DNA from: Octopus vulgaris | Taxonomy: Eukaryota | Direction: 5' to 3' | Assembly (NCBI GenBank): GCA_951406725.2 | Contig: OX597835.1 | Location: 9,176,001-9,240,000 of the forward strand | DNA length: 64,000 nt | Shown: piece by piece, positions 52,413-64,000 of the stretch | How the letters are laid out: the number at the start of each line of letters is the position of its first letter | Numbering within the stretch: the stretch's first letter is position 1 | Notes under the pieces: model-generated | What the model was told of the DNA's origin: nothing | Seen by the model: the letters and a program-made list of their open reading frames with translations, nothing else | Database searches by the model: none | Made by a program: the position numbers and the translations under genes

Positions 52413-53271
52413 ATTCACTTGTTTGCTCCAGCTCAGTCTTGCTTGTTGGCTAGCCTATGCTGGTTGACGACTGCTTCCTCCCCACTGCACAAAGAGACAC
52501 GTTTCGGACGTGGTACCTTCACCATTGTTAATATATTCACGACGTCATTTAGAACTTTATCTGTATTTCGCCTAGAGTAGAAAAGAAAAAAAATACAGAT
52601 TGCTTAAAATATGCAAATGTTTGTGATTCACTCTTCTTTTTCTTTTGTATTATTGCATTCTATTTTATCTTACATTTTCTGTTTGCTTTATATATAATCT
52701 AAATTTTGTTTTATATATTTCTTTGTAGTCATATATACAAAGATATACACACAGGAGTGAGGAGACACGCGTGTTAGTGTTTACATTTAAGATTGTTTGA
52801 TATATGTATGTTGCTGCAAAGTATATAACTGGAGAATTCCTAAGGTAGAATATAAAGCTGTGAGAGTTAAACTCCAAAATATAATTCCTGGGTGAATGAT
52901 GGAAATTGGAATATTTATCATTTGTCTGATTGTAAAACATGTTATGTAAAATCTTGCAGATTTTCTACCCCCACCTCCGCCCAATGTATACCTACCTAAA
53001 TTATGAAACGTATTCCAAGCTCGTTAGAGAGTTTATTCCAATACCAGTGACTTATTTTTAAACCTCGCCAACTTGTTCTCGAAAGGACAAGTTTGAGCAG
53101 CACAAAGATGGAGGGGATAAAATGAAAAAGGGTACTGAGGTCCTGGAAACAGTGTTCGTGAGGGGCAACGGTATAAAGAATTACACACACTCATGGTAAA
53201 GCTCCTAACTCTGAAGACTGACAAATGAGTTGAAATCTTATAATTAACAAATGCTGGACGAAATTTTTTTG

Positions 53272-53672
53272 AGGAAGCACTCCGTCGGTTACGACGACGA
53301 GGGTTCCCGTTGATCCGAATCAACGGAACAGCCTGCTCCTGAAATTAACGTGTAAGTGGCTGAGCACTCCACAGACACGTGCACCCTTAACGTAGTTCTC
53401 GGGGATATTCAGCGTGACACAGAGAGTGACAAGGCCGGCCCTTTGAAATACAGGTACAACAGAAACGGGAAGTAAGAGTGAGAGAAAGTTGTGGTGAAAG
53501 AGTACAGCAGGGATCACCACCACCATCCCCTGCCGGAGCCTCGTGGAGCTTTTAGGTGTTTTCGCTCAATAAACACTCAGAACGCCCGGTCTGGGAATCG
53601 AAATATAATTCGAAACCGCGATCCTATGACCGCGAGTCCGCTGCCCTAACCACTGGGCCACTGGGCCTCCAC
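53272..53672 (-). mobile_element. SINE family A, full length
   Basis: Near-identical to 1717-2107; small insertion at the B box. Confidence 0.92.
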
Positions 53673-54357
53673 GAACATTCTAATTAAGTTCAGAGTGTAT
53701 TTATCGAATTTCATGAGAATGAATATGCATCTTCTTGCAATAAGGCAAATGCAATATTTTGTGAAAAAATGGACAGATAAATAAAAACAAACTGGAAACA
53801 TCTTCTTGAATAAGATATTTAAGAATTGCAGAATATTAAGAAGTACAGTATTCTAAAGTGTGTGTTAGATAACCATAGTGATGGGGAAGAACTATAGGAA
53901 TATCGATCTTCATGTTTTGTTTTTGTTTTTTTTTTGTAAAACATGATGAAATATAATGGAAAATAAAGAATGTTGCCGTTTAAGAACAATTTCTATAAAT
54001 GCGCCCTAAATGAAAACGGAAAGATTTCTTTATGAATATCGCAGTTTGCGTTATCCGTGAAATAATATTAATACACATGCACGCGTATGCAGAGTGTGTG
54101 TCGAATGGGAGTGTGTGTGTTTGTGTGAGTGTAGTTGTGCTCGTGTGTGTGTGTGTGAAAGCATGTGTGTACGTGCCTGTATGTGTATGTATGCCGGCGT
54201 ATGTGTATGTGTGTGTGTGTGTGAGTGTGCTAATCACTTATGGAAATAGTGTATAATCTTATACTGTCGACCAGAATCGAACTGGATGATCGAATTTAGT
54301 TATGCAAGACCACGCATACACACACACATACACACACATATGTATCTCACCTGGAGA

Positions 54358-54420
<63 letters not shown>

Positions 54421-54595
54421 ATGTGTGTGTGTGTGTGTGTGTATGGATGTATATATATATATGTATGTATATATATATATATATATTTATATGTATATAT
54501 ATTTGTATATATATATATATACATATATATATGCATGTATATACATAGCTTCCCGTTATATATATGCTTATATACTTGTTGTGAATGTATGTGTT

Positions 54596-54628
<33 letters not shown>

Positions 54629-55118
54629 ACCTATAGTGTGTATCTGTGAATGTTAGTTTGTCAGGTGCGGCTTACTCCGAATATAACACCTTCCGTACTA
54701 AATTCTTTATTACTCCCCATTCGAGATGGTGTTTTCCATTAAATATATTTCTATTCATACTTCGTCAATCGGTTTGAATTTAATTCTCTTTTTTTATTTT
54801 ATTTTCGTAAACACGAACTATCGTTCCAGAATGTATTTAAATTACGTTTCCATTCCTTTCTATGACTTTCACTCACATCTCCCACAGGAACACAAACATT
54901 TACGCGGTTCATTATCTTTATAGAAGCGAAAATATAATGTAAATTTTTACCATCAATTTTGCATGGAGAAATATATTCCGGTTTCAACATACAATTAATA
55001 ATAAATAGATAAATAGACAGATAGATAAATTAATAGATAAACTAGCAGATAAATACCTAAAAAGATAAACTGGTAGATAGATAGATAGATACATAGATAG
55101 ATAGATAGACAGACAGAC

Positions 55119-55203
<85 letters not shown>

Positions 55204-55262
55204 TATAGATAGATAGATAGACAGACAAATAGTCATACAGATAGAGAGATAGATAGATAGAC

Positions 55263-55301
<39 letters not shown>

Positions 55302-55302
55302 G

Positions 55303-55369
<67 letters not shown>

Positions 55370-55699
55370 CACACACATACGTCCGTACAATAATGCATAC
55401 ATATATACATACATACGTACGTACAAACATACATACATGCATACATACATACATACATACATACATACATACATACATACATACATACATACATACGTAC
55501 ATAGTTGCATCATATCCCTTTGGTAGTATCTTTTAACCACCAAGCGTCGAGGTCCATCTCTTGACACTGCCAAGCGGATGTTAACATAAAGCTGATGATC
55601 AGTGGTGTCCTTGTTCAGCAGTGAGAAAAAACGGACGAACTATAGGTACACATACAGACAGACAGACTGACCGCAATCTGGGTGGTGTATAAAGAATGA

Positions 55700-56350
55700 A
55701 GATGGTATGCTGTAGTTGTATGTATGCCGTGTGGACCAATAAACAGGAAGAGAAGTAAAGAAAATCGACACGAGATGAACAGAAGTGAGTTATTTATTCT
55801 AGCTGGTCCAGATTTCATAATGAAACTGGAAGATAGCTGTGGGATTGTTACAACACCCTCCAAACCGCCAAAAACTCGGGGTACTGAGGTCACTAAATAT
55901 TGGTTTGATTGAAGAAGTTTTAGCGTGATGTGGGTATTCCCGAAAGTGACCAGCCAACCGGGGTCCAGTCGCTTCTAGTAAACACAGATTTCGTACAGAG
56001 CAGTAAATGACAGTTCTACTGTAGTAGTTATGAAAAGCACATCCTGATTTGTGCAGGGCCGTTATGTTTTTAAATATCAAGGGTTCCCGCTTGAATGAGA
56101 GCAGACAAAACATGTCGAATGGTGGACCAGTTGCGTGCCAAGACCCAAAGTGTGCTCCTCATTTTGGAGAGAGATAGAGAGAGGGGTGGAGGAAGTGAGT
56201 GTTGGAAGTAACCGGCTCAGATTAGGGGTGACGAATGATTTGAAGGATGGTGGACAGGAGAGGTGTGCTGGTTTCATAGAAGGCTGGAAAACGACCATTT
56301 AATGTATGTTTAGTTATGTCTTTGATAGAGGTTCGCGGTAAGGAGTGACT
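55700..56350 (-). mobile_element. highly degenerate PLE GIY-YIG endonuclease region
   Basis: RTVIYCSVRNLC...TGPRLAGHFREY...KPI resembles PLE NVIYCIxCxxC...GETGRRLxDRFREH...KPV; upstream PPSFK...NL fits the linker. Confidence 0.55.
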
Positions 56351-56427
56351 TCGTAACATTAGTACATCATAGGAAAACAGTTAGTGCTGTTTATGTGAAC
56401 TTCATCTTTGTTTAATCTCCTCATGTA

Positions 56428-56831
56428 GGCGCAGGAGTGGCTGTGTGGTAAGTAGCTTGCCTAACAACCACATGGTTCCGGGTTCAGTCCCACTGCGTGG
56501 CATCTTGGGCAAGTGTCTTCTGCTATAGCCCCGGGCCGACCAATGCCTTGTGAGTGGATTTGGTAGACGGAAACTGAAAGAAGCCTGTCGTATATATGTA
56601 TATATACATATGTATGTGTGTATATATGTTTGTGTGTCTGTGTTTGTCCCTCTAGCATTGCTTGACAACCGATGCTGGTGCGTTTACGTCCCCGTCACTT
56701 AGCGGTTCGGCAAAAGAGACCGATAGAATAAGTACTGGGCTTACAAAGAATAAATCCCGGGGTCGATTTGCTCGACTAAAGGCGGTGCTCCAGCATGGCC
56801 GCAGACAAATGACTGAAACAAGGAAAAGAGT
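56428..56831 (+). mobile_element. SINE family B, full length
   Basis: Near-identical to 34025-34450. Confidence 0.92.
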
Positions 56832-57309
56832 ATTAACCATTTGGGGGTTTCTTTTGTTTCTATACTCATATGCATGAAATGTTGCAATTACGTTTTTATT
56901 TATTTAAAATTCATTTCTCTGCATCTTTAAATCTCTTTCCTAATTTTCTGTTATTCCTCCAATATGAATTTATGACTCGCTCCCTGTTTCCATGTTTTGT
57001 AACTTTCTAAGTCAGCTTACCGTAGGCATTTGCCAGCTTAGAATATAAATCAACTAATTTCCAAGTTCTCTTCAACCATTTAATCTCTTTCGACTTTGAT
57101 GATTAATAAACATCTTCCTTGCCATATTTGTGTAGCGCCTTTTAAATGCCATCAATATATCTATTGATTTTCTTGCTAATTATCGCTCTGTTATCTTACC
57201 GTCGACAAAATAGGAACTACAAATTATTATTAAAAGAGCTCTTCATGTTTGGAAAATAATACAAATTTAAATAATGCTCAATTCGTATCTAATAATTGCT
57301 TCCACGTGT

Positions 57310-57450
57310 AGCGGGTGGCGCACACAGGATTTTGACTTCCAAAACAATACCGCTTTCCGTCTTAATTCATTGTGCAAAATTAGAATATCAATACCTGAAA
57401 GGTAATGTTTCGTCAATGGATATCACTTCCGCCATGTTGACTTCGAATGC
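57310..57450 (-). mobile_element. possible piggyBac transposase remnant
   Basis: Minus strand VISIDETLPFR...FAQ*IK resembles piggyBac SIDExxxxFxG...FxQYI. Confidence 0.35.
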
Positions 57451-58534
57451 CGCTGTGCTGTGCATCTCCATTCAATATTCTCAATGTTTAAGAGATCAGC
57501 AACCATTAGAAAACACGCTATTTGCTAATCTGTATAAATACGCGTCAGCGGTATTGTTCGCTTCACTGGTCAGGTGAGGTAGGTTTGACTCAGGAGACGC
57601 ACAACGAAGCTGAAACATCGTAATGTCTCACAGTCCCCTTACACTGGTAAATCACGTGATTTATGAGGACACACATGGTCCAAAATGAGGAGGTATTATC
57701 TGATGACAGAAAACAAGAGCAACCAGGTATTCCCTTCGAATGTGCCGGAATGAATCAAGAAAAAATATATACATTATATATTAGTAATTTATCAATCTGT
57801 TTCTGAGGCAAACCATCGTCTTTTTGGAGCTGATCGATTTTGGCCTTTTTTGTCAACGCGTTGTCATTGACATTATTATCAATGGTTTGAGGGATACATT
57901 TTCTATTTCATCTTTTGCAACAAGAATTAGTCACACCCTACATAAATATATATTTGTTCAAGTTTGATACGAATATTAATGGATGAAAATATGTGCATGA
58001 TTAATAAGAATATCATTGGCTAAGGGGAAATATTCAATTTTAAGCATTTCTAGAATTATTTGTGATGATTAATATGGTGTTCATCGTTAACGGAAATTCC
58101 GAGCCTAAAGAAGATATGATTAGGATTAATAAAGTTACAAAGATATAAGAAACTCTACCTACTAACGTTCCATCAAAGTGTCTGACGATGCTATGGCTAC
58201 TTTCTGAAATCTTCCAATGTCTAATCTTAGATATAATTTAGCAATGGCTCAATATTAATGACTCTATATCAATGCGGAAGGCTTTTTTTATTTCAAATAC
58301 CCAGTCATTTGTATTTGTATTAATCCTTCAGTATTTGTCGTTGTTATATTCGGAATTACGATGCTATTTTTATGATTTGGTACTTTTTATGTTGTAGACA
58401 CATGCAATGATCTATACTTTTTATGTTGTAGACACATGCAATGATCTATGTGGGTGCTAAAGTTCTATGCTTTTTTTTTTTTAATATTGGTCTAAAATTT
58501 TATAAACAAGTCAGCAATTTCGGAGAGGGTGTGC

Positions 58535-58598
58535 GTCGATTAAATCGACCCGGGAAGTTCGACTGGTACTTATTTTATCGACCTCGAAAGGATGAAAG
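58535..58598 (-). mobile_element. SINE family C core fragment
   Basis: gtcgattaaatcgaccc...actggtacttattttatcgacctcgaaaggatgaaag. Confidence 0.7.
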
Positions 58599-58899
58599 AT
58601 TTGATTAGTATGTTTATTGTCTTTTGCTGGCTCATTTCCTGTACTCGTGGTCGCCCCAGTTTTTCTTCATTCTTTTCTTTCTTCTTTCTGCCATGTAGTA
58701 TCTCTCTGATGGGAATTGGTTTGGTGATATCAATTCATTTCCTTTTACGAAGTCATGTTTATTTCTGTCTAGTATCTAGTATCGATTTGGTATATATTTT
58801 AATGTCTATTTTATTTCCATAGCTTGTTCTATTTCAATTATCTTTGGATAAAATATGATATATCATATCCGATGTACGAGAAGCGCCGATTTCATTTCT

Positions 58900-59180
58900 T
58901 CACACCCTACGGAAACACCGTGCAGTAGAGAAGTGTTTCGTCAATGGTATTTCTATCTGATTCTGCATTAAATCTCTGATATCGTTGTCTCACTTGATAC
59001 CATTGCTTCTTTGCTATGAAATATATCTATTACCTTCAACGAAATAACAATAACGAAGAGGAAAAGTAATTCTCTAAATATACAGAAGCAATTTTTGTTG
59101 AAATATTTCCGCGTATCTGTAACGAAAATTTTCCATTAGGTTCGATGAAATCTCAATGAACAAAAACATAAAACGCATTT
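58900..59180 (-). mobile_element. possible piggyBac transposase remnant
   Basis: Minus strand TIDETLL preceded by LRYCYF-like residues; very decayed. Confidence 0.3.
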
Positions 59181-59680
59181 TGTAAAATAAAAGGATCAGT
59201 TTTGGTTGATCTCACTGCGGCTTACAATACAATAATTCTTATCTGGTTTTGATTAAAATATATAAAAAATATTTCAATAAGTATATCTTTGTTTAGTCTC
59301 CTACAGATTTGCTTTTGTTTCTTTATTCACACACGGTAGTGTAAATATTATTTCATTTACAGATGTTGCTTACTTGTGTATACAAACCATTGCTTCTGAA
59401 GGCTTCCACCAAATGCGCAAATATTGAATGCTGTAAATGGCATTATTCTTATATGTACAAGGATACGCTAAGGATTTTATGTATGTATACCAATGTTATG
59501 CACCACCTTTCTTTCCCCACATCATTGTAAGTACCATTCATTATACTAATTACAATAAAGTGCTGCATCTTGACATCACATTTTCGAAATTATATATATA
59601 TAATCTATTCTTTTATCTTTTAGACTTCGACCATGCCACAAATATATAATAAATGTATATGTATGTTCGTATGTATGTAC

Positions 59681-59751
<71 letters not shown>

Positions 59752-60215
59752 TGTGTGTGTGTATATATATATATATGTATGTATATATATATATATATAT
59801 ATGTGTGTGTATATATATATATGTATGTGTGTATATATATATATATGCTTTCGCCACCACAACATCCATTAGGTTTAGCAGCCCTTCCTGTTTGTTTTCA
59901 CTGCTTGTTTGTGTTACCAATTTTGAACCTCCGCAAAATCCCAAATTTTATTTAATTTGCTTTGCCTGAGCAACTGTTTTATCGAAAGCGTATATTGTTG
60001 TTAAAAGCTCGAAATACGAGACTAGATAAACAGCCAACAACTCATGAGGGGTCGTTCTTTATATTGTTTGTCTTGTTTTCCATTTATGTCTTTCGTAGTT
60101 CGAGAAAGTAGTCCTACTTCGTACTTTTTGTTGTACACGTTTCGTGTCGTTCTGTACACACATATGCATGTATATATACGTATAGATGTATCTATACGTA
60201 TATTATATATATATA

Positions 60216-61383
60216 TATATGAATAAATGAAAGAATGGAGTCGAACGAAGATGTTAACAAAATTCCTTTACTCTCGACATATATTTCGAAGACAACATGG
60301 TTTCATTCCAAAGGAATAAATGGTGCATTATGCAATATTCTCATCAGGAAAGAAAGGGAGCCTCTCTCGACAATAAGACAAACAAAAATTTCGATGACTG
60401 CCTACATGGTAAACAAAGCGATAATGAGTGTTTTTAAAAACTGTTAGAATAATTGACGTCAAAGATAGATAGTAGGAAGAGAAGGGTTAAAGGAATGATA
60501 GGTACGGAACAAGTGGAGAGGGAAGGGTACGTTGATTGAAAGAATGTTTGAAGGCTTAGGAAAGAATCGCTATTGAAGTGGAGTGCACGTTAAGCTAGTT
60601 GTTCAAACCACAGTGACTATCGTTATCATTTATATGGGTAGAAAGTATGTTTCTGCCAGTGTTTACATTTGTATGATTTTTCTATGAGTGTGTTTACAAG
60701 GAGAGCCTTAGAGAAGAGAATATGGAAGAGTTCAGAGTTGCAAATGTTACAAAATCTCCTGCCCTTATCAAAAGGAAAAGATATAGACAGTATGAACGAA
60801 TATAACTTGAAATTTATATTGTTGTCTTTAAGAGGCCAAACTAATTTACTTAGCCCTGTACTATGTCGTTTTTTACTATCCCTGAATGTTGAATAAGGGT
60901 TTGAAATTCTCTTGGATAACTGGGAAGTGGACGCTCCTATATAGAAAAAGACATCGGTACCGGAAGAAATTCTACACTGGTAAATAGAATTCTTAATCTT
61001 AGAATTACTTAATCTTAGAATTACTTAATCTTAGAATTACTAGCCTTCGAACATTCTTTCAATCAACGTAACCTTCCCTCTCCACTTGTTCCCTACCTTT
61101 TATTCTTTTAACCCTTCTCTTCCTACTATCTATCTTTGACGTCAATTCTTCTAACGGTTTTTTAAAAACACTCATTATCGTTTTGTTTACCATGTAGGCA
61201 GTCATCGAAATTTTTGTTTGTCTTGTTGTCGAGAGAGGCTCCCTTTCTTTCCTGATGAGAAGATTGCATAATGCACCCTTTATTCCTTTGGAATGAAACC
61301 ATGTTGTCTTCGAAACATATGTCGAGAGTAAAGGACTTTTGTTAACATCTTCGTTCGACTCCATTCTTTCATTTATTCATATA
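60216..61383. repeat. ~340-bp inverted repeats (PLE pseudo-LTR-like) around a GIY-YIG ORF
   Basis: 60216-60556 is a close reverse complement of 61042-61383; the ORF track shows the same MESNEDVNK... peptide on both strands; 16-bp unit ttaatcttagaattac x3 at the junction. Confidence 0.92.
60626..61000 (-). mobile_element. PLE GIY-YIG endonuclease domain, 5'-truncated, frame open to stop
   Basis: KIKNSIYQCRISSGTDVFFYIGASTSQLSKRISNPYSTF...STGLSKLVWPLKD...FCNICNSELFHIL...VNTLIEKSYKCKH...*; SIY/YIG, conserved R, CxxC-E and CKH motifs; no ATG, so absent from the ORF track. Confidence 0.9.
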
Positions 61384-61530
61384 CAACACACAAATTTCTG
61401 CACATGAACCCGGAGTTTCTACCCTTGGACAGGTCGCTTCAACCGTGTTTCTGATGTGAATTTGCTACCCAGGTTTCGGTTAAACGAATTTTCCATGCTG
61501 ACGATAAACATAGGATAATTCATTCACCTA

Positions 61531-61604
<74 letters not shown>

Positions 61605-61818
61605 GAGCAAAACGAGCAAAACGAGTTGTCGAACATTTAAACCAAATTTTCGCAAAACAAATTGTCTGACCGTCCCATAGACCTCCCCTTTGTAAAACAC
61701 TGATTTAACCTAAATTTGAGACACCGGCAAAAGAAGAAAGAAAGATAGACGTTTTCTATTCCAAAGAAAAACGATTTCCCACGGCTTTAACGAAGCCACA
61801 GACACACAGAATGGATTT

Positions 61819-61865
<47 letters not shown>

Positions 61866-62089
61866 AAAGAAGGAAGAACGGAAGAACGAAGAAAGAACGA
61901 AAAAAGAAAGAAGGGAAGAATGGAAGAATGAAAGATAAGAAAGAAAGAAGAGGTGGATGTCTGAGTTCGTCCATTCATAATAAGTGAAAACAATAAGTTC
62001 GACTGTAGAATAACTTCTTCAAGGAGTATATCCATGCAGGGACACCGGAGTACATCTACGCAAGATGCGTCACCTCAGACTGTAAAAGA

Positions 62090-62820
62090 AGGTAACTAAA
62101 TTGAGTAAAGCTACACAGTCTGTGTGTTGCAAACTTCGGGCCTTCTACGATTGGTTTAAATTTAAGGTCGGTAGGATAGTGCATGTTTATACAAATTGAA
62201 GTTGGTTATTTCCATGCATTCTTAATAGTTTGATTCTTATAGATTTTCCGAAGACCGTAGAAGTAGCTAGTCTTGCAATCAAAATGGCTTCGGTCGTCAC
62301 ATTCTTTGTTTGTTAAATGTTTTTGATGTCTGTGAATGAGTGTGTTTAGTTTAGTCATTGCCTCTGATTTTTGGTAATTATTTTTCCTTTTCGTAGTGGA
62401 CCATATTTTTTATAATAGAGCTAATATGTATTTTTTGTATTATTCAATATCCATGATAAATATTGCCCTTTCTTTATCTGTTTCCTTAATTATAATGTCC
62501 TTATCGTTTGTCATTTCACGTTATTGTTTGTCAGTTCAGTAATATCCCATTCCTGTCGACTAGGGTGTGGAAGTTTTTTACAAGGTAGAAATAAAATCAG
62601 TAAATTTATCTAAAGCTTTATTCTTAACTTTTGTAGGCTTGTAATTGCGCTTTACAATCGAATTGTCCCTGATTTGTTTATCGTACAATTCCTCTCTGAG
62701 GCGTAGGTTTCTATAGAACTGTGAAATATTCTGTATTAACTGGAATCAAGGTACTGGGCGTTGGGGTAAATTTTAGACCTTTTGACAAAATATTAATTTC
62801 TGCTTCTGAGAAAGCATTTC
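62090..62820 (-). mobile_element. PLE reverse transcriptase N-terminal remnant
   Basis: ILSKGLKFTPTP, FYRNLRLRE, DIIIKETDKERAIFIMD (DKG motif), FYGLRKIYK (YGLPKIHK), LKFKPIVEGP (RPIV); stops and frameshifts present. Confidence 0.9.
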
Positions 62821-63356
62821 TATAGATTAGCTATCTTCGGTTTGTACCACAAAAGCCTCACCTTTCCAACAAGTTATATTAAATATGGCTATGCGTGCGA
62901 CTAATTGCATCCCACGAGATGGTACGGCTACCAAATTCAGTACATATTCCTCGCTGCTCTTCCGTGAGACACTTTGTTTATAGGAACCTCGACAAACCTG
63001 GTTACGTATGTATTCGTCGTGATCATCCAGAAGGGGCTAATCCTGGGGAACTCTCAATACAGAAAATAATGGGTGTCACAGTGTCCAGAATGACTCCAGA
63101 TCTTTAATCTTTAAGCAAAAACATGAATGAGAAAAGAAATCTAAAAGCTGTATAGGTTCAGTAACGTTTATTACAGTTAATACATTACAACCAATATTAC
63201 AATGATAACAGCGGTTTTCTCTTTTCAATCTTTCTTTCATGGAATAGAATTTTTCAAAATATTTTTCGCCGATATTATATTTCGTTTTGGCTTTTCTTTT
63301 CACATTCATCAAAAATTCCTCTAAATTTTGAAACTTTTGTAAGCATATGCGTACAA

Positions 63357-63371
63357 TTATTATTATTATTA

Positions 63372-63428
<57 letters not shown>

Positions 63429-63608
63429 TATAAAACGTAATTGTGATGTACATTATTGTAATTTTATTTTCTTAAAAATTGTATTTGTTCAGATCCGCAG
63501 CTTCAAATGTAATGCTGATCTTTACAACATATATAGAATAACAACAATAATAATAAACATTTTCAAAAAATATAACAAGAATTATGCTAATAAATAAACT
63601 TAATAATG

Positions 63609-63690
<82 letters not shown>
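63357..63690. repeat. (ATT)n and (AAT)n microsatellites in opposite orientation
   Basis: (ATT)n at 63357-63425; (AAT)n at 63600-63690. Confidence 0.97.
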
Positions 63691-63693
<3 letters not shown>

Positions 63694-64000
63694 ACAAATT
63701 ACATTTTGGATTTATGAAATTATTATGTTCATTATTCTGTAATTTCATTCGCAATTTTTGCGCTCGAAATTTATAATTGTATCTTTCCGATTGCTTTGCA
63801 GTATTCTGGTAAATGTCGGACAAGTTAAAGATAGCAGAAGCTATGAACCACTACGTATTTACATATATAACTTTTTTTGACTAAATCAATTTCTAGTGCT
63901 ACTTTTCTTTATAACACTGAATTACTTAATTTATCTTTCTTAATGAGATCTACTGTCCTCTCTAATTTGCACTCATTTTAAATAGCAGCAATGACACACC

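Noticed and set aside
58381-58448. 34-bp tandem duplication
   Set aside because: Simple local slippage duplication with no further structure.
61601-61825. Possible Helentron/HINE-like fragment (also 14293-14820)
   Set aside because: Only a vague terminal resemblance; no subterminal repeats or hairpin verified.

Overview
AT-rich, microsatellite-dense animal genomic DNA. The SINE families and the (TA)n/(GATA)n/(CA)n load resemble Octopus/cephalopod DNA (inference). I could not support any intact host protein-coding gene; nearly all ORF-track hits are microsatellite or SINE translations. The window is a transposon graveyard: four tRNA-headed SINE families (about 25 copies, several with clear target-site duplications), degenerate Tc1/mariner, piggyBac, CR1-type and RLE-type (R4/Dong-like) LINE fragments, and three Penelope-like element (PLE) protein remnants (an RT N-terminus and two GIY-YIG endonucleases, one with an open frame and flanked by ~340-bp inverted repeats). 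The most notable signal is a set of hammerhead-ribozyme motifs read by eye in short modules, several inserted in or beside (TA)n or other microsatellites. Three have canonical cores (29774-29815, 46070-46113, 46394-46446), some sit as inverted pairs, and a three-copy family shares a non-canonical core (CUGUNGA-A).
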